Source: Spirochaetia bacterium (lineage in GTDB: Bacteria; Spirochaetota; Spirochaetia; SZUA-6; Bin103). From it: 64,000 nucleotides of DNA. The stretch is taken from positions 448,001 through 512,000 of the forward strand of contig OZ241907.1 of assembly GCA_965203515.1 (NCBI GenBank). Direction: 5' to 3'. A program made the position numbers and the translations under genes. Positions 49,545 through 60,245 of this stretch are shown in pieces. How positions within the stretch are numbered: position 1 is the first letter of the stretch; each line of letters starts with the position of its first letter. The notes under the pieces were generated by a model. That model made no database searches and had not been told where the DNA came from. It saw nothing but the letters and a program-made list of their open reading frames with translations.

Positions 49545-51521
49545 TCACATCTCGAACCACTGCCACATGCGCATCGCTATGTATTGATCCCAGCTCTGCC
49601 GCATGATGCCGCCGGTTCTGAGCTCCGGCACGTAGAAGTACGGAACGTTGCCGAGCGTGTTGTCCACGACCACGGTCTCGGTCACGCCGCCGCGGGCGAA
49701 CGCCTGCCGCGGCGCGTTGGCTGCGCCCCAGGCGACGAACATGTCCATCGCCGTCTCCATGTCCAGGTCGCCGGCGAAGTAGGCGTCGCGGATCTCCATG
49801 CCTTCGACCTGCCAGTCGAACAGCTCCATCGACCGGGTGCGCGGCAGCATCGGGTTGGGGTCGCCGTCGTTTTCGGGCAACAGCCCGCCGCCGTTGCGCA
49901 GCGTCGACTCGAAGCCGGCCTGGTCGGTCCAGCCGCCCCACAGGAACGAACTGTTGCCGCGCATCTCGTACTCGCCGGGCACGACCAGGGTTTCGTTCAT
50001 CACCACCTCGTTCATGGGGTTGACCGCCACCTGGAAGCCCATCTGGTTGAACTGCTCACCGGCGCCCTCGATCCAGCGGACGCGCATCCAGTCGTGGGAC
50101 GGCGCGACGATCATCCAGCCGATGTTCTGGCCCGCGCGGGGCGACCCGGCCGGATACTCGCGGTAGCCGTCGCCGTTGCTGTCCATGAGGCCCAGATCGT
50201 CGAACGCCGCCAGCGCGGCGTCGCGGTCGAAGGTCTCCACGTAGCTGTCCGCGTACTGCGGATAGGCTGCCAGCATGGCCGGCGAATGGAGCGGCTTGTG
50301 GGCGGGACAGACGATGCAGGTGTGCATGCCCATGGCGTCGGTATCCAGGCCCATGCTCAGCGCCATGACGAAGTCGGGATTCTGAAACAGCGCCCGCAGA
50401 CTGTCGTCCGGGGTATCGAGATTGATGCGCAGGCCCTGGTAGATGCCTACCTTGCTCAGCGGCAGCAGCGAATAGTTGCCCCGCTGCTCGTTCTGGCGGA
50501 TGACGCCCGCTTCCTGGGTGCTGGCCTTGGTGAAGTCGCCCCACAGCTCGTTGGACGCCAGTCCCAGCGCGATCTCGGAACCGTTGGTCTGGTACTTCAT
50601 CACCACGGTGTCGAAGTAGGGCAACTGCTGTCCGGCGCTGTCGACCTTCCAGTAGTAGGGGTTGCGCTCGAAGATCAGCTTGTCGCCGACCACGCCGGTG
50701 GGCTGAAACGCGCTGAGCACCGGCGGGCGGTCACGCGGAAAGCGGGCCGAGTTCCAGTCCTCCATGGTGGCGTCCGAGTTGTACTTGGGATGCAGCTTCT
50801 CCATCTGGTGCTTGGGCAGCCAGGGGATGGAGACCGACGGCCAGATCGCCGGCGAGAAGAACATCGGGACGATCTCCGGGAACGAGTTCTTCATCTTCAC
50901 CTTGAAGGTGTACGTGTCGATCTTCTCGAACTCCGGGACCCCGCCGGCGCCGGCCAGACGGCCGCCTTCGGCGAAGTGGAACCCCTCGATGTTCGGGATC
51001 TGGGTGCTGGCGATCATCCCGCCGCGCACCACGTCGTTCCAGGTGAACATGATGTCGTCGACCGTGAACGGCATGCCGTCCGACCACTTCACGCCCTTGC
51101 GCAGGTGGAAGGTCACCTCCCTGCCGTCATCGGAGATCTCCCAGCTCTCGGCCAGGTTCGGCTCGATGCTGATTCCGGGGTGGATGCCGGCCGGATTGCC
51201 GATCGTCTCGTCGACCTTCCACTGCACGAGCTGCTCCTGCCAGTGGAGCACGCTGCGGGCGTACTGCCCGGTGACCCAGTAGTTGACCGGCAGGTCGAGA
51301 TCGGACTCGTGCGGCAGCGTCATCACCGTGGTCGTGTAGGTGCCGATCTCCGGCGCGTCGGCGTTGACGTAGGGATCGTCCGGCAGACGCTCCTCCACCG
51401 GCGGCAGGTCTCCTGCCGCTACCATCGCCGCCAGCATCGGCGACTCCGAGTACTGGCCGATCGCCGCCCAGGGCACGGCCAGCGCCGCGATCAGCGCGGC
51501 GTACCTCAAACGTCCTTTCAT
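49545..51521 (-). CDS. Family 5 ABC substrate-binding protein (oligosaccharide-binding subtype likely)
   Basis: LPPVEERLP, LRKGVKWSDG and ERNPYYWKVD..GQQLPY. Confidence 0.92.
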   Translation of the reverse strand: MKGRLRYAALIAALAVPWAAIGQYSESPMLAAMVAAGDLPPVEERLPDDPYVNADAPEIGTYTTTVMTLPHESDLDLPVNYWVTGQYARSVLHWQEQLVQWKVDETIGNPAGIHPGISIEPNLAESWEISDDGREVTFHLRKGVKWSDGMPFTVDDIMFTWNDVVRGGMIASTQIPNIEGFHFAEGGRLAGAGGVPEFEKIDTYTFKVKMKNSFPEIVPMFFSPAIWPSVSIPWLPKHQMEKLHPKYNSDATMEDWNSARFPRDRPPVLSAFQPTGVVGDKLIFERNPYYWKVDSAGQQLPYFDTVVMKYQTNGSEIALGLASNELWGDFTKASTQEAGVIRQNEQRGNYSLLPLSKVGIYQGLRINLDTPDDSLRALFQNPDFVMALSMGLDTDAMGMHTCIVCPAHKPLHSPAMLAAYPQYADSYVETFDRDAALAAFDDLGLMDSNGDGYREYPAGSPRAGQNIGWMIVAPSHDWMRVRWIEGAGEQFNQMGFQVAVNPMNEVVMNETLVVPGEYEMRGNSSFLWGGWTDQAGFESTLRNGGGLLPENDGDPNPMLPRTRSMELFDWQVEGMEIRDAYFAGDLDMETAMDMFVAWGAANAPRQAFARGGVTETVVVDNTLGNVPYFYVPELRTGGIMRQSWDQYIAMRMWQWFEM

Positions 51522-51728
51522 TGTATCTCTCGCCTCCTCAAGGTTCTGCGGGATTCTGCTCAGCCGCTGAAGCGCGGCCGGGCCGACAGTATAGCGGCCG
51601 GGCGGGCGCGCTGTCCACCGACCGCCCGCAGCCGACCGGATGCGCGTCCGGCGCCGCCGGTCGAGCCGCCGACCGGGCCGCCGACCGGCGCTGCCGTCCG
51701 GCGGCCCGCGTCAGGAAGCGCCGCGCGG

Positions 51729-53246
51729 CTACAGGAGCTCCTTCAGCCGCTCGTAGGCGGCGTTGTGGATCGCTTCGAGCTCCCTGACGCCGATGCGCTC
51801 CAATCGGCTCACGAAGTCGCCCCATTCGCTCATCGGCCGGCTGCCGCGGATGAAGCCGGCGGCCCCCTCCAGGGCGAAGGCGTCGGCGTCGGCCCTGATC
51901 TGCTTGATCCGGTCCAGCTCGTCCTGGGTGAAGGTGAGCACCGGCTCCGGCGACCGGACCGAGTCGTTGCCGATGTAGAAGTCGGCCACCTCGTCGGTGA
52001 ACACCTTCTCCGCGGCGCTGCCGGCCTTGGACGGGTTGAGCTCCCACAGGGAGTGGACGACGTTGTAGCGGAAGAAGTGGAAGCCCTGCTCCCACATCCA
52101 GGCGACCCGCTCGCCTTCCGGGAAGTGCTCGTAGTAGCCGTAGCCCAGATCGTCGAGCTCGCTGGTCACGCCGACCTCGCCGAAGTAGATGTAGTAGACG
52201 CCCTCGTCGCCGTAGAGCCAGTCGATGAGCCGCGCCGCGTGCTCGGCGACCTCGGTGCCGGCGCTCAGATGCCACAGGCTGTTGTCCAGCACGCGCGGAT
52301 TCTGGATCGTCGACCAGTAGCGCGTACCGTCGAACTCCGGCGCCAGGATCGGGATCCACCAGGTGTCGGGGTCCGCGCGGTCGGTCGCCTGCCAGGAGAT
52401 CTGGCTGTACGGACCGGTCGTGAAGTACGCCTTGTCCTGCGACATGATCTCACGCCACGGGTCCTCGGTCATGGACATGAAGTCGGGATGCATGAGCCCG
52501 TCCGCCCACGCCTGCCGCAGGATGTCGATCATGCCGCGGTAGTTCTCCTCCAGCTCGCCGTAGGTCCAACGGTCGGTCTGCGGATTGAGGTAGATGGAGT
52601 GGTTGGTGCCGAACATCACGTGGTAGCCGTCCCGAATCCCGCGGCGGGTGACCCATGGAAAGTTCTCCGGCCACTCCGCCTTGAACCGACCCAGCACGTT
52701 CAGCAGATCCTGCATGGTGCGGATGTCCGCGTGCGGGTCGACGCCCAGGTCGCGCACGCGCGGCGAGATCGACGGCGCCCGGCGCAGCTGGGTGAACTCG
52801 ACGACCGACGCGGTCGAATACTGGTGCCCGTCGGGGGCGGTCATGGCGCCGTCGTACTCCGGGTACCGGTCCCGCCATACCGCCAGGTTGGGCATCATGT
52901 CGAACAGCGTGTCGATCGGGTACAGCGCCCCCCGGACGCCGAAGTCCATCGCCTCCAGGCGGTTGAACCCGCCCCACATCGTGTCCGGCAGGTCGCCGCT
53001 CGCGACCAGGGTCTTGAGCTTTTGCGCGTCGCCGGTGACCAGCTCCAGGTCGGCGCCGGCGACCTCCGCGAACTTCCTGACGACGAAGGTCTCCGGCGAC
53101 CAGCTCGGATTGCGGTCCCAGTAGTTCGCGTAGATCTGCATGGTGGGCGGACCGGCCGAGGCGCCTTCCTCCTCACCGGCTCCGAAGACCGGCGTCGCGG
53201 CCAGGGCCAGGATCGCCGCGGCGGCGATCAGCGTAGATGTCTTCAT
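51729..53246 (-). CDS. Carbohydrate ABC substrate-binding protein (LplA-like)
   Basis: Signal peptide VFGAGEEE, ASGDLPD and MPNL. Confidence 0.88.
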   Translation of the reverse strand: MKTSTLIAAAAILALAATPVFGAGEEEGASAGPPTMQIYANYWDRNPSWSPETFVVRKFAEVAGADLELVTGDAQKLKTLVASGDLPDTMWGGFNRLEAMDFGVRGALYPIDTLFDMMPNLAVWRDRYPEYDGAMTAPDGHQYSTASVVEFTQLRRAPSISPRVRDLGVDPHADIRTMQDLLNVLGRFKAEWPENFPWVTRRGIRDGYHVMFGTNHSIYLNPQTDRWTYGELEENYRGMIDILRQAWADGLMHPDFMSMTEDPWREIMSQDKAYFTTGPYSQISWQATDRADPDTWWIPILAPEFDGTRYWSTIQNPRVLDNSLWHLSAGTEVAEHAARLIDWLYGDEGVYYIYFGEVGVTSELDDLGYGYYEHFPEGERVAWMWEQGFHFFRYNVVHSLWELNPSKAGSAAEKVFTDEVADFYIGNDSVRSPEPVLTFTQDELDRIKQIRADADAFALEGAAGFIRGSRPMSEWGDFVSRLERIGVRELEAIHNAAYERLKELL

Positions 53247-53283
53247 TGCGAGCCTCCCTGTGCGCTGCTGCGCGGGTGAATGA

Positions 53284-53319
53284 AACGCCGAGCCTCGGCG
53301 TTATCGGCGGCGGTGTCAA
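53284..53319 (-). promoter_or_regulatory. Putative internal promoter with a palindromic operator before the binding-protein gene
   Basis: Minus strand TTGACA (53319-14), 17 nt, GAGGCT. AACGCCGAG-C-CTCGGCGTT (53284-53302) covers the -10. Confidence 0.5.
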
Positions 53320-53328
53320 CGATTCGGC

Positions 53329-54246
53329 TCAGTCCTTGACCGACCCGACCAGGATCCCCTTCACGAAGTACCTCTGCAGGAACGGGTAGACGGCGATGAT
53401 CGGCCAGACGGTGACCACCACCGCCGCGAACTTGAACGCCTTGAAGAAGCCGACCCCCACGTACCCCGGCACGCCCTGGTCCTCCCAGAGCTGCGCCATG
53501 CTGCCCTGGCTGTACCGGCCGATCTCGCCTTCCAGCAGGATGCGCCGCAGGATGAGGGTGAGCGGGTGCTTGTCGCGGTCGTGCAAGTAGATCAGCGGCA
53601 GGAAGAAGTTGTTCCAGCTCGCCACGGCCGTGAACAGGCCGATGGTGGCCATGATCGGCTTGATGAGCGGCAGCACGAGCGAGCAGTAGACCTGCAGGTG
53701 GTTGGCGCCGTCGATCAGCGCCGCCTCCTGCAGCTCGCGCGTTATGACCGTGCGGATGTTGGCGCGCATCACCAGGATGTACCAGGCGCCGAAGCTGGGC
53801 AGCAGCATGACGATCAGGCGGGTGTCGACCAGTCCGAGCCGGTTGACCAGCAGGAACGTCGGGATGAAGAACCCCGGCAGGAACATGGTCAACACGACGA
53901 ACAGGATCAGCGCCTTGCGGAACGGCAGGGTGCGCTGCTCCAGCACGTAGGCGGCCATGCTGGTGACGATCAGCGTGATCGCCACCGTGCCGGCCGCGTA
54001 GATGACGCTGTTGAGGTAGCTCCGCAGGATGTCGGTGGCGCCCAGCAGGACGTCGTACGCCGTGGTCTGCAGCGGGCCGACCGGCAGCAGCTTGACCTGA
54101 TTGAAGGTGATCGCCTCGAAGTCGCTCACCGACACGGCGATCACGAACACGAACGGATAGACCATGGAGGCCATCAGCACGACGATCGCCGCGTGGTTCG
54201 CGACGTCGAACGCCAGTGACCCCGGCGTCGCCTTGTACCGGATCAC
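53329..54246 (-). CDS. Carbohydrate ABC permease (LplC/YtcP-like)
   Basis: EAALIDGA and YPFLQRYFVKG. Confidence 0.92.
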   Translation of the reverse strand: MIRYKATPGSLAFDVANHAAIVVLMASMVYPFVFVIAVSVSDFEAITFNQVKLLPVGPLQTTAYDVLLGATDILRSYLNSVIYAAGTVAITLIVTSMAAYVLEQRTLPFRKALILFVVLTMFLPGFFIPTFLLVNRLGLVDTRLIVMLLPSFGAWYILVMRANIRTVITRELQEAALIDGANHLQVYCSLVLPLIKPIMATIGLFTAVASWNNFFLPLIYLHDRDKHPLTLILRRILLEGEIGRYSQGSMAQLWEDQGVPGYVGVGFFKAFKFAAVVVTVWPIIAVYPFLQRYFVKGILVGSVKD

Positions 54247-54283
54247 CCGGATCCCCGGAACGAGGCCGGCGCCGCCGGCGCCG

Positions 54284-55264
54284 TCACCACAGGCTGTGCT
54301 CGCTTGCCAGGCGGCTCAGGTAGTTGGCGCCCAGCACCAGCAGCAGCCCCACGACCGAGTTGAACAGGCCGACGGCCGCCGCGAACGAGTAGTCCAGGCC
54401 GATGATGCCGCGCCGGTAGATGTAGGTCGCGAACACGTCGGCGGTGCTCATGATCGCCGGGTTCTGCATCAGGAACGCCTTGTCGAAGCCGACCTCGACG
54501 ATGTTCTGCATGCCCAGGATCAGCAGGATCGTGATCGTGGGGGCGATGCCCGGCAGCGTCACGTGCCAGGCGCGGCGGACCCGGTTGGCCCCGTCCAGCC
54601 AGGCGGCCTCGTACAGCTCCGGATTGACCCCGCCGAGCGCCGCCAGGTAGAGGATCGATCCCCAGCCGACCCCCTGCCAGACGCCGGAGCCGACGTACAG
54701 CGGCCGGAACCAGCGCGGGTCGCCCAGAAAGTCGATGGGACCCAGGGAGAGGAGGGCCAGGAAGTCGTTGACGTACCCGTCGTAGGAGAACCAGGCGTAC
54801 ATCAGGCCGACCACCACGACCACGGAGATGAAGTGCGGCAGGTAGGTGACGGTCTGCGCGAACCGCTTGAACGGCTGGCTCCGTATCTCGTTGAGCGACA
54901 GCGCCAGCAGGATCGGCATCGGGAAGCCGATCACCAGCCCCAGAAAGCCGAGCATGAAGGTGTTCCCGAGCAGACGCGGAAAGAACGCGCCGGTGAGGAA
55001 GGAGGTGAACCACTTCAGCCCGACCCAGTCCGACCCGAAGAAGCCGTCGACGATGCTGTAGCGGGTGAACGGGATGGTCACCGCGCCGATCGCCGGGACG
55101 TACTTGAAGATCAGGAAGCCCAGCACCGCCGGCGCGATCATGGCGTACAGCAGCGCGTGGCGGCGCACCCGCGTGCGGAGCCTTCGGCGGCGGCCGGCGG
55201 CATGCGCGGGAGCGGCCAGGGCCGTCGATGGCGCCGCGCTGGCAAGCTGACTCCGCCGGCTCAT
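54284..55264 (-). CDS. ABC permease (LplB/YteP-like)
   Basis: WVGLKWF, YLPHFIS and ELYEAAWLDGA. Confidence 0.92.
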   Translation of the reverse strand: MSRRSQLASAAPSTALAAPAHAAGRRRRLRTRVRRHALLYAMIAPAVLGFLIFKYVPAIGAVTIPFTRYSIVDGFFGSDWVGLKWFTSFLTGAFFPRLLGNTFMLGFLGLVIGFPMPILLALSLNEIRSQPFKRFAQTVTYLPHFISVVVVVGLMYAWFSYDGYVNDFLALLSLGPIDFLGDPRWFRPLYVGSGVWQGVGWGSILYLAALGGVNPELYEAAWLDGANRVRRAWHVTLPGIAPTITILLILGMQNIVEVGFDKAFLMQNPAIMSTADVFATYIYRRGIIGLDYSFAAAVGLFNSVVGLLLVLGANYLSRLASEHSLW

Positions 55265-55548
55265 GTTTTGGTCGTACCCCGCCGAGACGCTGTTCATAGC
55301 ACAGGTTCGCGGGCCGATCAAACCGGCCGCCGGCCGGCCGCGCCGCCGCAACCCCGGGTCGCTGCCGGCCGCTCGCCGGAACGGCCGCGCACGGGACGGC
55401 GCGCCCTGGAACCGCACCGCCGAACCGTGCTATACCGCCGCCACTCCCGCAGGAGCAGTGACCTGAGGCCGCGCCTCGGCGGCCCGGGCGGCGGCCCGGC
55501 GCCATGCGGGATGACGATCGACCGGAGCCGATGCAAGAGAGAGGACCG

Positions 55549-56264
55549 ATGCGGGCGGGCAGCGCGGAGATCGAACGTCTGAACGCCGTCGCCGCCGGCG
55601 GTCCCCAGGCGCTGCTGCGCGCTCTGGTGGATCGCCACGGCCGCGCGGTGAAGCTGGCGTCGTCGCTGGGCGCGGAGGATCAGGCGCTCAGCCACATGCT
55701 GCTGGCCATCGACCCGCAGGCGGTGATCTTCGTGCTCGACACCGGACGCCTGCACCAGGAGACCTACGACCTGATGGCGCGCATGATGAGCCGGTACCGA
55801 ATGCGCTACGAAGTGCTGTTTCCGGCCGCCGAGGCGGTGCAGGAGATGGTGCGCGACGCCGGTCCCAACCTCTTCTACGCCAGCGTCGAGGCCCGGCAGC
55901 GCTGCTGCTCGGTCCGCAAGGTGGAACCGCTGCGCCGCGCGCTGCGGAGCGCAACGGCGTGGATCACCGGGCTGCGGCGCGAGCAGAGCCCGGCGCGCGC
56001 GCGCACGCCGTTCGTGGAATGGGACGCCGCGCACGGCGCGATCAAGGCCAATCCGCTGGCGGACTGGACGCAGGATCGGGTGTGGGACTACCTGCGCGCC
56101 CATCGCGTGCCGTGCAACGCCCTGCACGACCGCGGCTTCGCCAGCATCGGCTGCGCCCCCTGCACGCGGGCGGTCGAACCGGGAGAGGACCCGCGCGCCG
56201 GCCGCTGGTGGTGGGAGCGGGACGCGGTCAAGGAGTGCGGGCTGCATCCGCCGGCGGGCGGCCC

Positions 56265-56268
<4 letters not shown>
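55549..56268 (+). CDS. cysH: APS reductase (4Fe-4S, thioredoxin-dependent CysH)
   Basis: [24 protein letters not shown] and KECGLH. Confidence 0.93.
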
Positions 56269-57145
<877 letters not shown>

Positions 57146-57146
<1 letters not shown>

Positions 57147-58951
57147 TGGGCGGCCCCCAGGCCGCCATGAACGTCGTCATCGTCGGCCACGTCGACCACG
57201 GCAAGAGCACGGTGGTGGGGCGCCTGCTGCACGACACCGGCGTCCTTCCGCACGGCCGGATCGAGCAGGTGCGGCGCAACTGCGAGCGTGCCGGCAAGCC
57301 GTTCGAGTACGCGTTTCTGATCGACGCGCTCCGCGACGAACAGGCGCAGGGCATCACGATCGACGCCGCGCGGGTCTTCTTCCGCTCGCCGCGGCGGCAC
57401 TACATCATCATCGACGCGCCCGGGCACCTGGAGTTCCTCAAGAACATGATCTCCGGAGCCGCCCGCGCCGAGGCCGCCATCCTGGTGATCGACGCCCGCG
57501 AAGGGGTGCGCGAGAACTCGCGCCGGCACGGGTTCATGGCCGCCATGCTCGGCATCCGGCAGATCGTCGTGGCGGTCAACAAGATGGACCTGGTCGACTT
57601 CGACGAGGAGGTCTTCACCGCCATTCGCGAGGAGTACGCGGCGTTTCTGGCGGAGGTGCAGGTCGCGCCGGTCGCCTTCATCCCGGTGAGCGGGCGCTTC
57701 GGCGACAACTTGGTGACCGCCTCGCCGCGCACCCCGTGGTACGGCGGCCGGCCCTTGCTCGAGCGGATCGACGCCCTGGACAGCGCCGGCCCCGAGACCG
57801 GGCACGCGCTGCGGCTGCCGGTGCAGGACGTCTACAAGTTTCCGGTGCGCGGCGACGACGCGCGCATCATCGCCGGCACCATCACCGCGGGGCGGGTGGC
57901 GGTCGGCGACGAGGTGGAGTTTCTCCCGTCGCGCAAACGGTCGCGCGTGCGCAGCATCGAGGGGTTCAACGTTCCGCCGGCGCGCGAGGCGGCGGCCGGC
58001 TCCGCCACCGGCATCACCCTGACCGAGGAGCTGTACGTGCGGCCGGGGGAGATGATGTATCGGGTGGGCGAGGCGATGCCCCGGGTCGGCACCACCTTTC
58101 GCGCCAACCTGTTCTGGCTCGACCGCAACCCGCTGGTGCGCGGCCGTCGCTATCTGCTCAAGCTGGCCACCACGCGGGTGACCGTGCACGTGAAGGAGAT
58201 CGTGCAGGTGCTCGACGCGGACACCCTGGAGCGCACCGGGGCCAAGCAGCACGTCGGCCGCCACGAGGTCGCGGAATGCGTGCTGGAGACCCACAAGCCG
58301 ATCGCCTTCGATCTGGGCCTGGATGCCGAGCTGGTCGCGACCGGCCGGTTCGTGCTGGTCGATCAGTACGAGATCGCCGGCGGCGGCATCATCACCCGGT
58401 TCGTGTCGGACCTGAGCGAGTCGCTGCGCGAGCACGTCAGGCGCCGCTATTACGCCTGGGTCGACGGCGCCGTCACCGGCGGCGAGCGGGCCAGGCGCGC
58501 CGGCCAGCGCCCGTGTCTGATCGTGCTCACCGGCTCCATCCACCCGTTGCTGGTGAGGGTCGCCCGGGACGTGGAGCGTGAGCTGTTCGAGGGCGGGGTC
58601 AACGTCTATTACTTCGGGCTCTCCAATCTCGCCGGCGGACTCGACGCCGACATCGCGCGCGAGCACCAGTCGTCCAGCGGCGAGACGCGCGACGAGAACA
58701 TCCGCCATCTCGGCGAGATCGCTCACTTTCTGACCGATTCGGGACAGATCGTGCTCACCACGGTGGCCGACATCGACGGCTATGAAGCGGAGACGCTGCG
58801 GATACTCAATCAGCCGAACGAGATGCTGGTGATCAGCGTGGGCGCCGACCGACACGGCGTGCATGCCGATCTGGCGCTGCCGCCGGACCTGTCGCCGGAG
58901 GAATCGGCGGCGGCGGTCTGCCGCCGGCTGCGCGCGCACGACCAGCGGTGA
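57146..58951 (+). CDS. cysN: Sulfate adenylyltransferase subunit 1 with a degenerate C-terminal APS-kinase-like domain
   Basis: GHVDHGKST, GITID, DAPGH and NKMD. The C-terminal RDENIRHLGEIA resembles CysC but there is no P-loop. Confidence 0.93.
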
Positions 58952-58959
58952 GGCAGGAG

Positions 58960-60225
58960 CTACGGCGGGTCGCCGGCCAGCTTGAAGAGCGCGAAGTTCC
59001 CCCAGCCCGGGCCGTGCTGGTCGGAGTCGGCGAACACCGCGAAGCCGCCGCCGCGCGCCGGCAGCACGAACTCGGCGGCGTTGTTGGCGTGCGGTGATCC
59101 GTAGCTCGCCTGCCACCGTACCGCCCCGGCCTCGGTCACCCGCACCACGTAGGCCCGCCAGGTGTTGAGCGGATCGTCGGGCCGCGCCTCGTTGCCGGGC
59201 TCGACGCCGCTGCCGCAGGCGGTGATGAAGCCGCCGCCCGGCGCCGACCGCACGCCGTAGCACTCCTCGAACATCCGCTCCGGCGCGCCGCCGTTCGGCT
59301 GGCCGAACGACACGTTCCAGAGTTCGCGGCCCGTCGCGTCGACGCGCACCAGCCAGCCGTCCCAGCAGCCGCCGGGGCAGGCCGCCCGATGCCCGGCGAG
59401 GATGAAGCCGCCGGCCGGCGCGGCATCGAAGTCGAAGGGGTGCGACGTACCGGTGCCGTAGGAGATCGGCGCGGCCATGGCCCCGTCGGGATCGCTGAAG
59501 CCGAGGCAGAACGCCGTCTGCCCGGCGCGCCCGCGGCAGGCGCCGAACACGGCGTAGCCGGGCGCGTCGGTGCGCGGCAACACCCGGAACGGCTGGAAGA
59601 ACCCGGCGGGGGCGGCGCGCTCCCAGATCGCGTTCAGGTCGGCGTCCAGCTTCATGATGAACCCGCGCCCGGTGTCGACCAGGAACGTGGCCAGCTCGTC
59701 CTGCGCGGCGCCGCGGTAGCCGACCGCGACGATGGTGCCGTCCGGGTTCAGCGTGATGCCCTCGATGGCGCCGCGCCCGGCGGCGGGGTAGGTGCGCCGC
59801 GCCGCGACCTCGCCGTCGGGGCCGAGCCGCAGCAGCACGCGTTCCTCCCGCACGGCGCCGGTCCCGGCCTCCCGGGAGCCGGCGTCCCAGGAGCCGGCGA
59901 CCAGCAAGCTGCCGCCCGCTTCCTGCAGCACGAAGTTGCCGAGGTTGAAGCGCCCCGCTCCGTAGGACCGCGCGAACCGGAGGGCGCCGCGCTCGTCGGT
60001 GCGCACCACGAAGATGCGGGTGCCTGCGTCGCCGGAGGATTCCCCGACGATCACGTAGCCGCCGTCGGCGGTCTGCGCCGCAGCGTGCGGATGCTCCTCG
60101 GTCTCCGCCCCGCCGTAGCCGCGCACCCACTCCACCTGCGGCCCGCCGCCGGGGGAGGCGGCGCCCTGGCCGGCCGTCAGCAGCGCCGCCAGGGCGAGCG
60201 CGGCCCGGCGCGCGGCGTTACCCAT
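58960..60225 (-). CDS. Secreted beta-propeller repeat protein
   Basis: Signal peptide. Recurrent W-x-x-x-(Y/F)-G and GG(Y/F)-hydrophobic-G units, and L-x-(R/K)-x-D-x-x-G turns. Confidence 0.7.
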   Translation of the reverse strand: MGNAARRAALALAALLTAGQGAASPGGGPQVEWVRGYGGAETEEHPHAAAQTADGGYVIVGESSGDAGTRIFVVRTDERGALRFARSYGAGRFNLGNFVLQEAGGSLLVAGSWDAGSREAGTGAVREERVLLRLGPDGEVAARRTYPAAGRGAIEGITLNPDGTIVAVGYRGAAQDELATFLVDTGRGFIMKLDADLNAIWERAAPAGFFQPFRVLPRTDAPGYAVFGACRGRAGQTAFCLGFSDPDGAMAAPISYGTGTSHPFDFDAAPAGGFILAGHRAACPGGCWDGWLVRVDATGRELWNVSFGQPNGGAPERMFEECYGVRSAPGGGFITACGSGVEPGNEARPDDPLNTWRAYVVRVTEAGAVRWQASYGSPHANNAAEFVLPARGGGFAVFADSDQHGPGWGNFALFKLAGDPP

Positions 60226-60245
60226 CGACCGGTTTGCAGGGCACG

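Noticed and set aside
51600..51720. GC-rich repeats considered as a CRISPR array or REP cluster
   Set aside because: Only two 12-nt tandem copies, with no spacers and no cas genes.
49458..53279. 1273-aa plus-strand ORF, and similar long ORFs such as 56981-60130, 25688-28252 and 16445-18871
   Set aside because: These are antisense or frame-shifted shadows of well-supported genes. Stop codons are scarce at this GC level and the translations have no motifs.
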